This document shows, piece after piece, positions 37,019-47,004 of a stretch of 64,000 nt of DNA (position 1 is its first letter; the number at the start of each line of letters is the position of its first letter). Position numbers and translations under genes: made by a program. Source of the stretch: an uncultured Chloroflexia bacterium. GTDB taxonomy: Bacteria > Chloroflexota > Limnocylindria > Limnocylindrales > CSP1-4. The DNA is taken from assembly GCA_963712745.1 (NCBI GenBank), contig CAVQJC010000020.1:32001-96000 (forward strand), read 5' to 3'. Under the pieces are notes generated by a model, which was not told where the DNA came from, searched no databases, and saw nothing but the letters and a program-made list of their open reading frames with translations.

Positions 37019-37900
37019 CTAATGTACTGAGAGCTCGAAGATGCGCTGGGGAGTCAGCGCCTTTTGCAGGTACTCCCAGTGATCCTCGACGCCGTGGATG
37101 TACTTCTCCGCGTACTCGTCGAAGCGACCGCCCTTGGAGCACTCCTGGTAGTACTCCATGTGTGCGACGTCCTCGTCGTAGTAACCATCACAGCTGAGCG
37201 GATGCGCACCGAATGGCGCCTCGACGATGGCTTCGACCCACAGATGCGGGATGTAGGTCAGGTTGGGCCGTCGCAGGATCTCCTCATGCGGGACGATCTT
37301 CTCCACCGTGACGATCAGCCGGTTCGCCGCCTTGGCCATGATGGGATCGATGTCGTCGCTGTCCCGCTGCACCGGGAACTGCACGTTCCCGTACTCGTCC
37401 CCGACGTAGCCGTGGAGAACGGTGAAGTCGGCGACGGCTGCCTCTACGGCGTGATAGGTCTTGCCGGTGAAGGGGCAGACGATCTCGCGGATCTGCTCCT
37501 TGTTGTAGGCGGCCATCCCGGTGCCCATCAGGACATCGGTGGGCATGAACGAGATGCCCTGTGCAGCCGCGCGGAACCGCGCGATCATCGACGTCTCCGG
37601 GAAGTCACGAATCTCGATCGATCCCTGCTCGACGCCGCGCCGGAAGTTGTAGGCCATCCCGAATTGGAAGAGCCCCTCGTAGACCGCTTCCACCCGCTTC
37701 ACGGCGCCGGCACCGGCGAGCATGTCCATGGTGAAGCCCGCCGGGAAGGCCAGGATCCGAAGATCCGAAACACCCTGACGGATGAGCTCCCTGACGAACG
37801 CGGCCGGCGACCGCCTGATGATGCTGCCACCGACCGCGATCGTGCTGCCGGAAGGCACCAACCGGGCAGCCTCTGCCATCGTCACGAGCTTGCGTTTCAT
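37019..37900 (-). CDS. Family I CoA-transferase alpha subunit (GctA/IpdA-like)
   Basis: GSTIAVGG..RSP, RAAAQG..F.P, CPFTG, DEYGNV, IVTVEKIV, PFGAHP. Confidence 0.85.
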   Translation of the reverse strand: MKRKLVTMAEAARLVPSGSTIAVGGSIIRRSPAAFVRELIRQGVSDLRILAFPAGFTMDMLAGAGAVKRVEAVYEGLFQFGMAYNFRRGVEQGSIEIRDFPETSMIARFRAAAQGISFMPTDVLMGTGMAAYNKEQIREIVCPFTGKTYHAVEAAVADFTVLHGYVGDEYGNVQFPVQRDSDDIDPIMAKAANRLIVTVEKIVPHEEILRRPNLTYIPHLWVEAIVEAPFGAHPLSCDGYYDEDVAHMEYYQECSKGGRFDEYAEKYIHGVEDHWEYLQKALTPQRIFELSVH

Positions 37901-38003
37901 CTTGGGCTGCCCCTCTCTCGAACCTCGCTCAATGTCTGATGCGTGAAGCCGTCGGAATCTGAGCGGAATGACGTGACGACCAGATTGCCATCAGTACACC
38001 TGC

Positions 38004-39194
38004 TCAGATGACGCCACTGGCCGCCAGCTCTTCCACGGCATCACTGTCGAGGCCCAGCCATTCAGCGTAGACCTCCCCGTTGTGCTGCCCCAGTAGCGGC
38101 GGCGGGCGGCGGATGCTCTGGCGCGATCGAGAGAAGTGGACGTTCAATCCATGCATCGGGAAGCGCCCTACTGTGGGGTGCTCGATCTCGACCAGCATGT
38201 CGCGATGCCTGACCTGGGGATCTTCGACCACTTCGTCGATGCTCGCCACCTTCGCGCATGGAAGTCCGGCCCCGCGAACCAGGTCCACGACCACGTCGGC
38301 GGGTCGTTCGATGACCCAGTCGGACAGCACGGCCTCGCTCGCTTCGACGTTGCGCATGCGAGCCTCGTTGGTCGCGAACCGCGGGTCCTGCAGGATCTCC
38401 GTCCGCCCGATGACCTCGAGCAGTCGCGGGAAGAGCGAATCAGTCGCAGACGCGATGTAGACCCATCGACCGTCCTGGGCCTCGAAGAGGTTCGACGGGG
38501 CAGCGTAACGATCCCGATTCCCTCGCCTGGTCATCTTCTTGCCGAGCAGCAGATACTCGGGGATAGCCGTGACGAGGAACGAGACGGCCGTGTCCAACAG
38601 TGCGACATCCACGTGCTGGCCTTCCCCGGTCTCGTCCCGGGCGCGCAGTGCCCCGAGGATGCCGAACGCGGCATAGATCCCGCTGGCGTAATCGACGAGG
38701 AACGTGCCGGTGGTTACCGGCGGCCTTTCCGGCTCGCCGGTCAGGTCCATGAGGCCGCCCATCGCCTGGGCGATCATGTCGAAGCACGCGTAGTCCGCGT
38801 ACGGCCCGTCCTGACCGAAACCGGAGATGCTTGCCATCACCAGGCTCGGGTTGATCTCCTTGAGTACCTCGTACCCGCAACCCATCTTCTCCATGGTGCC
38901 GGCTCGGAAGTTCTCCACCAGGACGTCGGCTTCCCGCACCAGTGACTTCAGGAGCTCGATACCCCTGGGGTTGCGGAAATCAAGCGTCACCCCACGCTTG
39001 TTCCGGTTCATCATCATGTAGTAGAGACTCTCGCCACCGACCTTGTCGCCCACGCTCCGGACGTCGTCGCCACGCCCGATACGCTCGACTTTGACCACGT
39101 CGGCACCCATGTCACCGAGCAACATGCAGCAGAACGGTCCGGCGAGCACACGGCTGATGTCCAGGACCTTGATACCTTCGAGTGGAGCCTGCAT
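38004..39194 (-). CDS. CaiB/BaiF family III CoA-transferase
   Basis: PLEGIKVLD..LAGPF..LGDMGADVVKVE, NRNKR, DVLVENFRAG, SGFGQDGPY, VDY..G. Confidence 0.92.
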   Translation of the reverse strand: MQAPLEGIKVLDISRVLAGPFCCMLLGDMGADVVKVERIGRGDDVRSVGDKVGGESLYYMMMNRNKRGVTLDFRNPRGIELLKSLVREADVLVENFRAGTMEKMGCGYEVLKEINPSLVMASISGFGQDGPYADYACFDMIAQAMGGLMDLTGEPERPPVTTGTFLVDYASGIYAAFGILGALRARDETGEGQHVDVALLDTAVSFLVTAIPEYLLLGKKMTRRGNRDRYAAPSNLFEAQDGRWVYIASATDSLFPRLLEVIGRTEILQDPRFATNEARMRNVEASEAVLSDWVIERPADVVVDLVRGAGLPCAKVASIDEVVEDPQVRHRDMLVEIEHPTVGRFPMHGLNVHFSRSRQSIRRPPPLLGQHNGEVYAEWLGLDSDAVEELAASGVI

Positions 39195-39444
39195 CGCGAC
39201 GTTCCTTCCTGTCAGAGCTACCGGCAGACCGGAAGCGCGCTGGCTACACCCGCGCCTTCAGCTCGCATGTCCGACGCGGGCAGCGCCACTCGAGTGGGCG
39301 GTACGGCAGCGCCCGGGTCCAACGCTTCCCCGGCCCTCGCCGCTGCACCACCGAACCGCCCGGTTACCATGTAGGTCGAAACGATAGTCGAAACGATTGG
39401 CCCGTGCACACCATGCCGATCTACGGAGCCTGGCCAGGCGGCGC

Positions 39445-40503
39445 TCACCGGGGGCCGATCTCGACTGTGGCACCGTCTCTCGCGGAACTCTCCGCCGCCG
39501 CTTCGATCAGGCGTAGCGCTTCGATCCCGTCATGAGGCGATGGATCGGTCTCATGACCCTCCAGGATCGAGCGAGCGAAGGACTCAAGCTGACGCTTGAA
39601 CGGGTCGGTGTCCTCGAAGCGCGGGACTGCTGCCGTGCGCTCGTCTTCGAGGTACAGCTCGACCCGACTCCCGAGCCTGGAGAAGACGTACGGCGACCGG
39701 ATGCGGATGTGCCCCAGCTCGCCGTAGATATCCGTCCCTTCTGACCAGTCGCTGTGGACGTTGGTCGTGATCTCGAACGAGGCGAGTCCACTGCCCCTCG
39801 CGATCCCGGCGGTGCCATGCCAGGTATGGTCTCCATCGACCGACGAGTGGCGGGCACTGAGCCAGGCCACGTCCCCCGCCAGATAGCGCAGCCCATCGAA
39901 CAGGTGGGCGCCGTGGGTGAGCAGACGGTAGCGCTCGGCATCACTCTTCGCCTCCTCCTCGACCCGACGCACAGCCTCATCGACCACGACGGGCGGGAAC
40001 AAGGTGCGCTGCAGGCCCGCCCTCGACGCGGCCATGACGCGATACCACGTCTGCACGCTGAGGATCCGGCCGATGCGCGCGACATTGGCTCTTGCGAACT
40101 CGACTGCCGGATCGTGGCGCTTCATGCAACCGGTCTGGAGACGGAGCCCACGATCGCGTGCGGCGTCCGCGAGCCGCTGCGCCTCTGCTGCGGTCATGGC
40201 AAGCGGCTTCTCCATGAGCACGTGTTTGCCTGCTTCCAAGGCATGGAGCCCGAGGGGTAGATGGAACCGGTCGGGCACGGCGATCAGGACCGCATCGAGA
40301 TCCAACGCCAGCAGCTCATCGGTATCAGTGAATGCGTCGACGCCATGGCGCGCACCCACCGCGGTGACAAGCTCCGAGGACGGGTCGCTGATGGCGACGA
40401 GCCGGATACCCGCCGCCTTGGCTGTGGCAGGCAGGTGCGCGACCTGGGCGATGCGCCCGGCGCCGATCACACCAAGACGGATGCGATCGTTCGTGACACT
40501 CAC
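39445..40503 (-). CDS. Gfo/Idh/MocA-family oxidoreductase
   Basis: GVIGAGRIA, AGKHVLMEKP. Confidence 0.9.
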   Translation of the reverse strand: MSVTNDRIRLGVIGAGRIAQVAHLPATAKAAGIRLVAISDPSSELVTAVGARHGVDAFTDTDELLALDLDAVLIAVPDRFHLPLGLHALEAGKHVLMEKPLAMTAAEAQRLADAARDRGLRLQTGCMKRHDPAVEFARANVARIGRILSVQTWYRVMAASRAGLQRTLFPPVVVDEAVRRVEEEAKSDAERYRLLTHGAHLFDGLRYLAGDVAWLSARHSSVDGDHTWHGTAGIARGSGLASFEITTNVHSDWSEGTDIYGELGHIRIRSPYVFSRLGSRVELYLEDERTAAVPRFEDTDPFKRQLESFARSILEGHETDPSPHDGIEALRLIEAAAESSARDGATVEIGPR

Positions 40504-41510
40504 GGGTGGCCTCCGTTCTCAGGCTCTGAACTTGCCAGGAGCGCTGCACCGGTGGCCGCTGCGAACGGCCCGATGATGTCCCGACGCAGTGGTGGCAACT
40601 GGCGCTCGCGGGCATAGGGCCAGCGGCTCCGCAATTCCCGTTCAGCGTGCGGCAGGAGCCAAGCGCCCGCGGCGTGCCCGAAGCCACCGGAGATGAGGAC
40701 GATGCCGGGATCAAGCGCCACGCACAACGTGAGGATGGCGCGGCCGAGCATGGCTCCGCCATGCGCCAGCAGGCCCGCGGCCCAGGGGTCACCACCCCCG
40801 GCTGCAGTGACGATCGCACGGGCCGAGTACGGCTGGGATGCACCGATGGCTGTCAGACGGGCCTGCGAGTCCGGCGGGGGCGGCGTCAGCAGCGCCGACT
40901 CGGCTACCCCGCGACCCGACGCGAACTGCTCAACGCAGCCCGTTGCTCCGCACAGGCAGATGCGCTGATCGGCAAAGTCCACCGCCACGTGTCCGAATTC
41001 GGCTGCGTAGCCGTTCTCCCCGAGGACGATCCTGTCGCCCACCATGATCGACCCGCCGATACCGGTTCCGAGCGCAAGCAGTAGCGAAACCCGGGGCTGG
41101 CTTCCGGCACGTTCACCGTCCACTCCGTCGCCCATCCGAGTCACCAGCCGCATGTGACCGTAGAGCGCAGCGTTGGCGTCGTTGACCACGATCACCCTAC
41201 GCCCGAGTCGGGCCGCCAATCGTGGTCCCAGGTCGAGATCGACGGCGCGGAGCGTGGGCGAACGGACCAGTGTGGAACGGTCCCTGCTTACGAGACCCGC
41301 GACCGCGACGCCGAACGCGCTCACGTCGGCAGCATCCAGCGCGTGTTCGGCCAGCAGTGCTCTGGTGGCTGCGAGCACGATGTCCGTCAGTTCATCGGCT
41401 TGCCTGTCGATGTGCTCGGCCCAGGACCGTCCGAGCATCCTGCCAGCCTCGTCGACGAGCGTGACCGCACACTTCGTGCCACCGACATCGACACCCACGA
41501 AGTAGGTCAT
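40500..41510 (-). CDS. ROK-family sugar kinase
   Basis: GVDVGGTK, VNDANAA, LGTGIGG, EFGH..CLCG..GCVE; no HTH. Confidence 0.85.
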   Translation of the reverse strand: MTYFVGVDVGGTKCAVTLVDEAGRMLGRSWAEHIDRQADELTDIVLAATRALLAEHALDAADVSAFGVAVAGLVSRDRSTLVRSPTLRAVDLDLGPRLAARLGRRVIVVNDANAALYGHMRLVTRMGDGVDGERAGSQPRVSLLLALGTGIGGSIMVGDRIVLGENGYAAEFGHVAVDFADQRICLCGATGCVEQFASGRGVAESALLTPPPPDSQARLTAIGASQPYSARAIVTAAGGGDPWAAGLLAHGGAMLGRAILTLCVALDPGIVLISGGFGHAAGAWLLPHAERELRSRWPYARERQLPPLRRDIIGPFAAATGAALLASSEPENGGHP

Positions 41511-42331
41511 CTGATCGGGACCGCGTCTGCAGCCTGCTGAGCAAGGAACTCCTGGACCGTCGAGCGTGCCAGGGCCGCGTACACGGCCGGGTCGGCGTCG
41601 CGAGACGGCAACTCCGAAAGGCGCGACCCAGATATGCGTCGGTGCCATTCATGAGCCACCGCGCGAGGGTGCAACGGATCGTTCCGCGCCGCGACGATCA
41701 GCGACGCCGGCGGGTGCGGGAAGCTCTCGTCGGGCGTGAAGGCGGTCCAGGTCGCACCCTCGGCGAGCCTCAGGGCGCGTTCGGCGGCCTGAGCGGAGGT
41801 CACCTTGTCGCGGAGACTGGCCGCCGCCCGCGCCGAAGCCGCGGTGACCTCCCGGTACTCGTCACTGGCGAGCAATCGGCTGAGGGCATGCCTCGGATCC
41901 TCACGCAGGTAGGCCGCGATCGACGCATTGACGCGAAGGTGCTGAGCCGGCGCGGATCCGTGGGCGGGACGGATGAAGACGGCTGCCACGATGTCGAGGG
42001 AGGCGTGTCGTACGAGCTCCAGGGCCACGGTCGCCCCAAGCGAGATGCCCAGCACGAGCAGGCGCCTGGAGCCCAGGCCCAACTGCTGGATGAGTGCCTC
42101 CACATCAGCACCGAGCTGAGTCGGCGTGAAGTCCTCCGGTTCTCCGAGGAACTCGGTCTCACCATGGCCGCGCAGGTCGGGAGCGAGCAGGCCGGCCTGA
42201 GGCACGTCGAAGCCTTCGAGATACATGCGTGGCTGGTCCCTGCTGGCGCTGAGACCGTGCAGGGCAACGACCAGTCCGGATCGATCCTCTCCCAGCAGGG
42301 TGAACGCGGCAGCGTCGACGTATCCGGACAC
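41507..42331 (-). CDS. Alpha/beta hydrolase
   Basis: LHGL, PDLRGHG, GISLG nucleophile elbow, NDPLHP. Confidence 0.8.
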   Translation of the reverse strand: MSGYVDAAAFTLLGEDRSGLVVALHGLSASRDQPRMYLEGFDVPQAGLLAPDLRGHGETEFLGEPEDFTPTQLGADVEALIQQLGLGSRRLLVLGISLGATVALELVRHASLDIVAAVFIRPAHGSAPAQHLRVNASIAAYLREDPRHALSRLLASDEYREVTAASARAAASLRDKVTSAQAAERALRLAEGATWTAFTPDESFPHPPASLIVAARNDPLHPRAVAHEWHRRISGSRLSELPSRDADPAVYAALARSTVQEFLAQQAADAVPIR

Positions 42332-42443
42332 CTAGGACACCGACCGGGTCAGTCGATAGTGCCGGACCACCAGGCACTCCGCGCCGGACACGAGCACCGA
42401 GAGCCCGATCTCGAGGGCGAGGCAAGCGTGACAGCTACGCCGG

Positions 42444-43414
42444 TCATCCACGTCGGTCGCTTCCATCGAGCAAGGACACGACCTCGCTCCGGGTCGGCAT
42501 CGCGGTCGAACAGGCTCGACGAGACGCCACGATGGCGCCAGCTGCGCTGGCGAAACGAAGCATCTCCGTGAGGTCAAGGCCGGAGAGTAGGCCATGACAG
42601 AGCGCGCCGCCGAAACCATCGCCCGCCCCCAGTCCATTGACCACGTCGATCGGTAGCGCAGGCATGGCGACCCGGCGCGTCCGGGTCTTGGCCAGGACCC
42701 CAGCCGGACCCAACTTGATGATCGCGAGCTCGACCCCTGCCGCCAGCAAGGCGTCGGCGGCCCGGTCGGGTTCCGACTCCCCGAGTACCACCTCACACTC
42801 ACCGAGGTTCCCGACCACCACGGTCACCCGACCTAGTGCCCGACGGCCCTCGGCTCGCGCCCGGTTCGGGGAATCCCAGAAGGTCGGGCGATAGTCGAGA
42901 TCGAGCACCGTGAAGCCCGAGCGGCCCCTGGCGCGCCAGGCGGCATGGTGGGCCGCGCGACTTGGATCTCGTGACAACCCCGATAATGTCGCCCAGTACA
43001 CCCCGGCTGCAGCGATCGCATCAAGGTCCAGGTCACTCGCCTCGATCAGCAGGTCGGGAGGATCTGGCTGCGGAAGAAGTAGAGCGGGAACTCGTCTGGA
43101 GGGAAGAGCTCGCAGAAGGCCAGCGTCGTGGTCGTGCCAGGAACCTCGGAGACGAAGTGGTCGAGGACCCCGAGGCGTCGGAGTTCGCGATGGACGAAGG
43201 ACGCGAATGGATCGGTCCCGGTTCGCGTGATGACCGCCGCCCGGTAGCCGAGACGCGCAGCCGCGACAGCAACGTTGGTCGGACTCCCGCCGAGGTACCG
43301 ATGGAATGACTCGACACGGTCCAGCGCGATGCCGTCATGGTCGGGATACAGATCGATGCCGACGCGGCCGATGGCCAGGACATCGAGCGGCGTTCGCGTA
43401 GTGGATCCAGCCAT
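42444..43414 (-). CDS. iolC: 5-dehydro-2-deoxygluconokinase (PfkB family; frameshift near 43060)
   Basis: IGRVGIDLYP, YLGGSPTNVAVAAARLG, FCELFPPDEFPLYF, LDLDYRP.FW, VVNGLGAGDGFGG. Confidence 0.85.
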
Positions 43415-43608
43415 CTATCTACCCCGATTCCGTACCTACGCTCGCTTCGAGCGGAGACCGGGCCTGCCCGTCTGTGACACCATGGAGCGATGCGAAGCGG
43501 GTACTACAAGGCCAATCACGCTGCTCCCATCCCGGGCCGCATCCCCAGGCAGCGGCTGCCCCGGCCGCGGGGATGGGCTGTGCCGTTGCGAGAGACTGTG
43601 GGTATGCG

Positions 43609-44349
43609 ATGAATGACATCGAGCAGATGAATGACATCGCCGCACTGGCCTTCGACACGGGGGGCACGGTCTTCGACTGGCATTCCGCGGTGCATGAAGG
43701 TTTCAAGCGACAGGGTGAGCTTCGCCACGTCGACGCGGATTGGCCTGCGCTGACCAAGACCTGGCGTCGGCTGTCGACCGGCATGGTCCATGCAGGTCTC
43801 CCACAGCAGGGCGGGCGCGCGACCCTGGACATGGATGACGTGCTGGCGGTGACGCTGGGGGCCACGCTCGAAGAACACGCCGTCACGGGCTTCGGGCCTG
43901 ACGATCTTTCGCAGCTCACGCTCGCATGGCGAGCGATGGCGGCGTGGCCAGACGTGATCAACGCGCTGCCCTGCCTGCGGCAGCGTTTCGTCGTCTCCCC
44001 GTTCACTATCCTCACCACGGCGCTGGTGATCGAAGCGTCGCGTCGCTCGGGGCTGACATGGGATGCGGTCATCTCATGCGAGATGATCGGCGTGTACAAG
44101 ACACATCGCACGACCTACGAGACGGTCGCCCGCTGGCTGGATCTGTCGCCCCATGAGATCATGCTGGTCTCGACGCACAACGATGACATCGAGGCCGCGC
44201 GAGCCTCTGGCATGCGCACGGCCTTCGTGTACCGGCCTGACGAGTGGTGGGACATCCCATCGCTCGATCCCGAACCCGGCGACGCGGCCGAGCTGGTGGC
44301 CGCCGACCTGAACGATCTTGCCCGCCAGCTGGGGCTGGATCCACCCTGA
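43609..44349 (+). CDS. HAD hydrolase, haloacid dehalogenase type II-like
   Basis: FDTGGTVFDW, AWPD, GVYK, H.DD..AA..GMRTAFV.RP.EW. Confidence 0.85.
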   Translation: MNDIEQMNDIAALAFDTGGTVFDWHSAVHEGFKRQGELRHVDADWPALTKTWRRLSTGMVHAGLPQQGGRATLDMDDVLAVTLGATLEEHAVTGFGPDDLSQLTLAWRAMAAWPDVINALPCLRQRFVVSPFTILTTALVIEASRRSGLTWDAVISCEMIGVYKTHRTTYETVARWLDLSPHEIMLVSTHNDDIEAARASGMRTAFVYRPDEWWDIPSLDPEPGDAAELVAADLNDLARQLGLDPP

Positions 44350-44408
44350 ACTCGGGCTGCGCAGCAAACCCTTGCACGGACCCCTGCTGCGGGGCATCGC
44401 GATGACGG

Positions 44409-45986
44409 TCACGTGGCGCGCCTTGGGCTGACGGCGGCATCGCCGTCCTTCGTCTTGGTCGTGGTGCCGGCCTCCGTGGCGAGTGCGTGCACGACCTTCT
44501 TGGTGTTCGTGTAGAGCGCACGATAGAGCTGATAGTTGGGTTCGTATCGCTCCGACCGCCGTGGGTCCGGCTCGACGCGATCGACGATGCGAACCCATGA
44601 GTGGCCGTCCCCGGAACCCTCATCGAGGAGGCCGACCGCAGTCGCTGCCAGGTACGCATCGCCATAGGCGGCCCCGGTCGAACGATCCGGTATCTCCTGT
44701 ACCAGCCCCGTCACATCAGAGACGATCTCCAGCCAGAGACGGCTGGCGGTGCCGCCACCGACGGCGACCGTTCGCCGAGGAACCGTGCCGCTATCGATCA
44801 TCGTCTCGAGATTGTGGCGGATGCCGAACGCCGTACCCTCGAGGATGGCTCGGTACACGTCCCCACGACGATGCGACAGACTCAAGCCAGCGATGACGCC
44901 GCGGGCCTTGGCGTCGTTGAACGGGCTCCGCTCCCCGCTGAAGTACGGCAGGAGGAGGAGGCCGCGAGCGCCCAGCGTCAATTCCTCGGCTTCGAGCGAC
45001 AGCTGCTCGTACGCCGCACCAGCGTCGAGAGCCCCACCGATGGGGAATTCGCGGGCGAACTGCTCGCGACACCAAGTCGTGATCGAACCGCTCGTCGAGA
45101 GCGCCGCGGTCAGCACGTACTCGTCAGGCCACGAACCGCGTGTGACCCACAATGGCCTGGCGGTCTGAAAGCCGTCGAGCACCAGGACGAGCGCAGACGT
45201 GCTGCCGTAGGAGAGCATCAGGTCGCCCGATCGGATGACGCCGGCGCCGACGGCCTCGGCCGCACCGTCCGTCGTCCCGGCCAGGACTGGCGTCCCGGCT
45301 GGGATGCCAGTGGCAGCGGCTGCGCTGCGCGTCACCGGACCGACCACCTCGCTCGGCCAGCGTAGCGGCGGTAGCAGGTCGGCCCGAACCAAGCCGTCGG
45401 CAAACCTGAGGTCCCAACGGGCTCGGCGCAGATCGTAGAACGGAGCGAAGTACGAGGCGTTGTGATGATCGGTCGAGTATTCGCCTGTCAGCCGCAGAAC
45501 GAGGTACCCGGCCGCCGTCATCAGCCTGGAGGTCCGGCTCATCACATCCGGCTCATTCTCGATCAGCCACATGATCTTCGGTCCAGCCGCCTGACTCGTC
45601 ATGTGCGTGCCGCTCAGACGAGCGATGGCGGCTCTGCGGCCGTGCTCGAGCCTTGTCAACTGGTCGTCGGCCCGGTTGTCAGCGCCGTACAGGATGGCCG
45701 GACGAAGCGGACGGCCGGACCGGTCAACGGGGAGCAGGCACGGACCGATGGCGCTCAGACCCACGGCCGCGATCTTGATCCCGGGGGGCAGGTTCTCCAT
45801 GAGCTGGCGACTGAGTGCCCTGAAGTCATGCCACCAGACAGCATCGGCGTCGTGCTCCAGCCTGCCCGGCCCAGGCATCGAGACACCGTGCTCGACACGC
45901 GCCTCCGCGAGGAGGACACCATCGGGGGTACACGCGACACCCTTTGAGCTGTATGTCCCGATGTCGATGCCGATCACTGCATCCAT
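44409..45986 (-). CDS. FGGY-family carbohydrate kinase (xylulokinase-like)
   Basis: GIDIGTYSSK, PAILYG.D.R, LPYFSGERSP, RAILEG, AVGGG. Confidence 0.9.
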   Translation of the reverse strand: MDAVIGIDIGTYSSKGVACTPDGVLLAEARVEHGVSMPGPGRLEHDADAVWWHDFRALSRQLMENLPPGIKIAAVGLSAIGPCLLPVDRSGRPLRPAILYGADNRADDQLTRLEHGRRAAIARLSGTHMTSQAAGPKIMWLIENEPDVMSRTSRLMTAAGYLVLRLTGEYSTDHHNASYFAPFYDLRRARWDLRFADGLVRADLLPPLRWPSEVVGPVTRSAAAATGIPAGTPVLAGTTDGAAEAVGAGVIRSGDLMLSYGSTSALVLVLDGFQTARPLWVTRGSWPDEYVLTAALSTSGSITTWCREQFAREFPIGGALDAGAAYEQLSLEAEELTLGARGLLLLPYFSGERSPFNDAKARGVIAGLSLSHRRGDVYRAILEGTAFGIRHNLETMIDSGTVPRRTVAVGGGTASRLWLEIVSDVTGLVQEIPDRSTGAAYGDAYLAATAVGLLDEGSGDGHSWVRIVDRVEPDPRRSERYEPNYQLYRALYTNTKKVVHALATEAGTTTKTKDGDAAVSPRRAT

Positions 45987-46014
45987 GTGGCTGCCGCCTC
46001 CCAGGCTTGCAGGA

Positions 46015-47004
46015 CTAGCTCACGGGCTCGCCGAGGGTCCGCAACGCTGCGCGCACGAGGTCCGACTCGCCCGGCAGGTACTCATCGATGAGCACCTCCC
46101 CGAACGGGATCGGCGCCCACGCGCCGCCAAGCCGCTGTATGGGCGCATCGAGGTAGCCGAACGCCTCCTCTGCGACGGATGCGGCGATCTCACCGCCGAT
46201 CCCACCGAAGACCGGCGCCTCGTGAACGACCACGAGGTGGGCCGTCTTCACCACCGACTCGACGATGGTCTTGACGTCGAGCGGCAGGACCGTGCGGATG
46301 TCCACCACCTCCGCGCTGACGCCGCGGTTGGCGAGCGTCTCCGCCGCGCTGAGGGACCGATCGACCATGGCCCCCGAGGCCACGATGGTGACGTCATCTC
46401 CGCGACGCTTGACGTCGGCTCGGCCGATGGGCACGAGGAACTCGGCGTCTGGCACTTCGCCCTTCTTCCCGTAGGTCTGTTTGTGCTCGAGGAAGATGAC
46501 CGGATCGGGCGAGCGGATGGCTGACTTCAGCAATCCCAGGAGGTCATACGGCGTCGAGGCCATCACGATCGTCAGGCCGGGGACATTCGTGAGCCACGAC
46601 TCGACCGACTGCGTGTGCTGCGCTCCCCAACGTGCTCCGGCCCCATAGGTCATGCGGATCGTCAGCGGCGCACTGACCTCGCCGGCGGAAAGGAACCTGG
46701 CCTTCGCCGCCGAATTGACGATGCCGTCCATCGCGATGGTGGTGAAATCCGCGAACATGATCTCGAGGATCGGACGCATGCCCATCATCGCGGCGCCAAC
46801 GGCGATCCCGGCCAGCGCCAATTCGCTGATGGGTGTATCGAAGACCCGCTCGGGCCCGAATTCATCGAGGAGTCCACGCGACACCTTGAAGACTCCGCCC
46901 GGCTCCGCCACGTCCTCGCCGAAGAGGAAGACGCGTTCGTCCCGCTGCATCTCTTCCCGGATCGCGCGCTGCACGGCATCGCGGTTCGTGACCACACCCA
47001 TCAC
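46015..47004 (-). CDS. 2-oxoacid/acetoin dehydrogenase E1 beta subunit
   Basis: GEDV..GGVF, DTPISE, EIMFADF, AQHTQS, DPVIFLEHK. Confidence 0.92.
   Translation of the reverse strand: MMGVVTNRDAVQRAIREEMQRDERVFLFGEDVAEPGGVFKVSRGLLDEFGPERVFDTPISELALAGIAVGAAMMGMRPILEIMFADFTTIAMDGIVNSAAKARFLSAGEVSAPLTIRMTYGAGARWGAQHTQSVESWLTNVPGLTIVMASTPYDLLGLLKSAIRSPDPVIFLEHKQTYGKKGEVPDAEFLVPIGRADVKRRGDDVTIVASGAMVDRSLSAAETLANRGVSAEVVDIRTVLPLDVKTIVESVVKTAHLVVVHEAPVFGGIGGEIAASVAEEAFGYLDAPIQRLGGAWAPIPFGEVLIDEYLPGESDLVRAALRTLGEPVS

Noticed and set aside
43609-43639. ATGAATGACATCG duplicated at the HAD gene start
   Set aside because: A short local duplication giving two possible starts; no further signal
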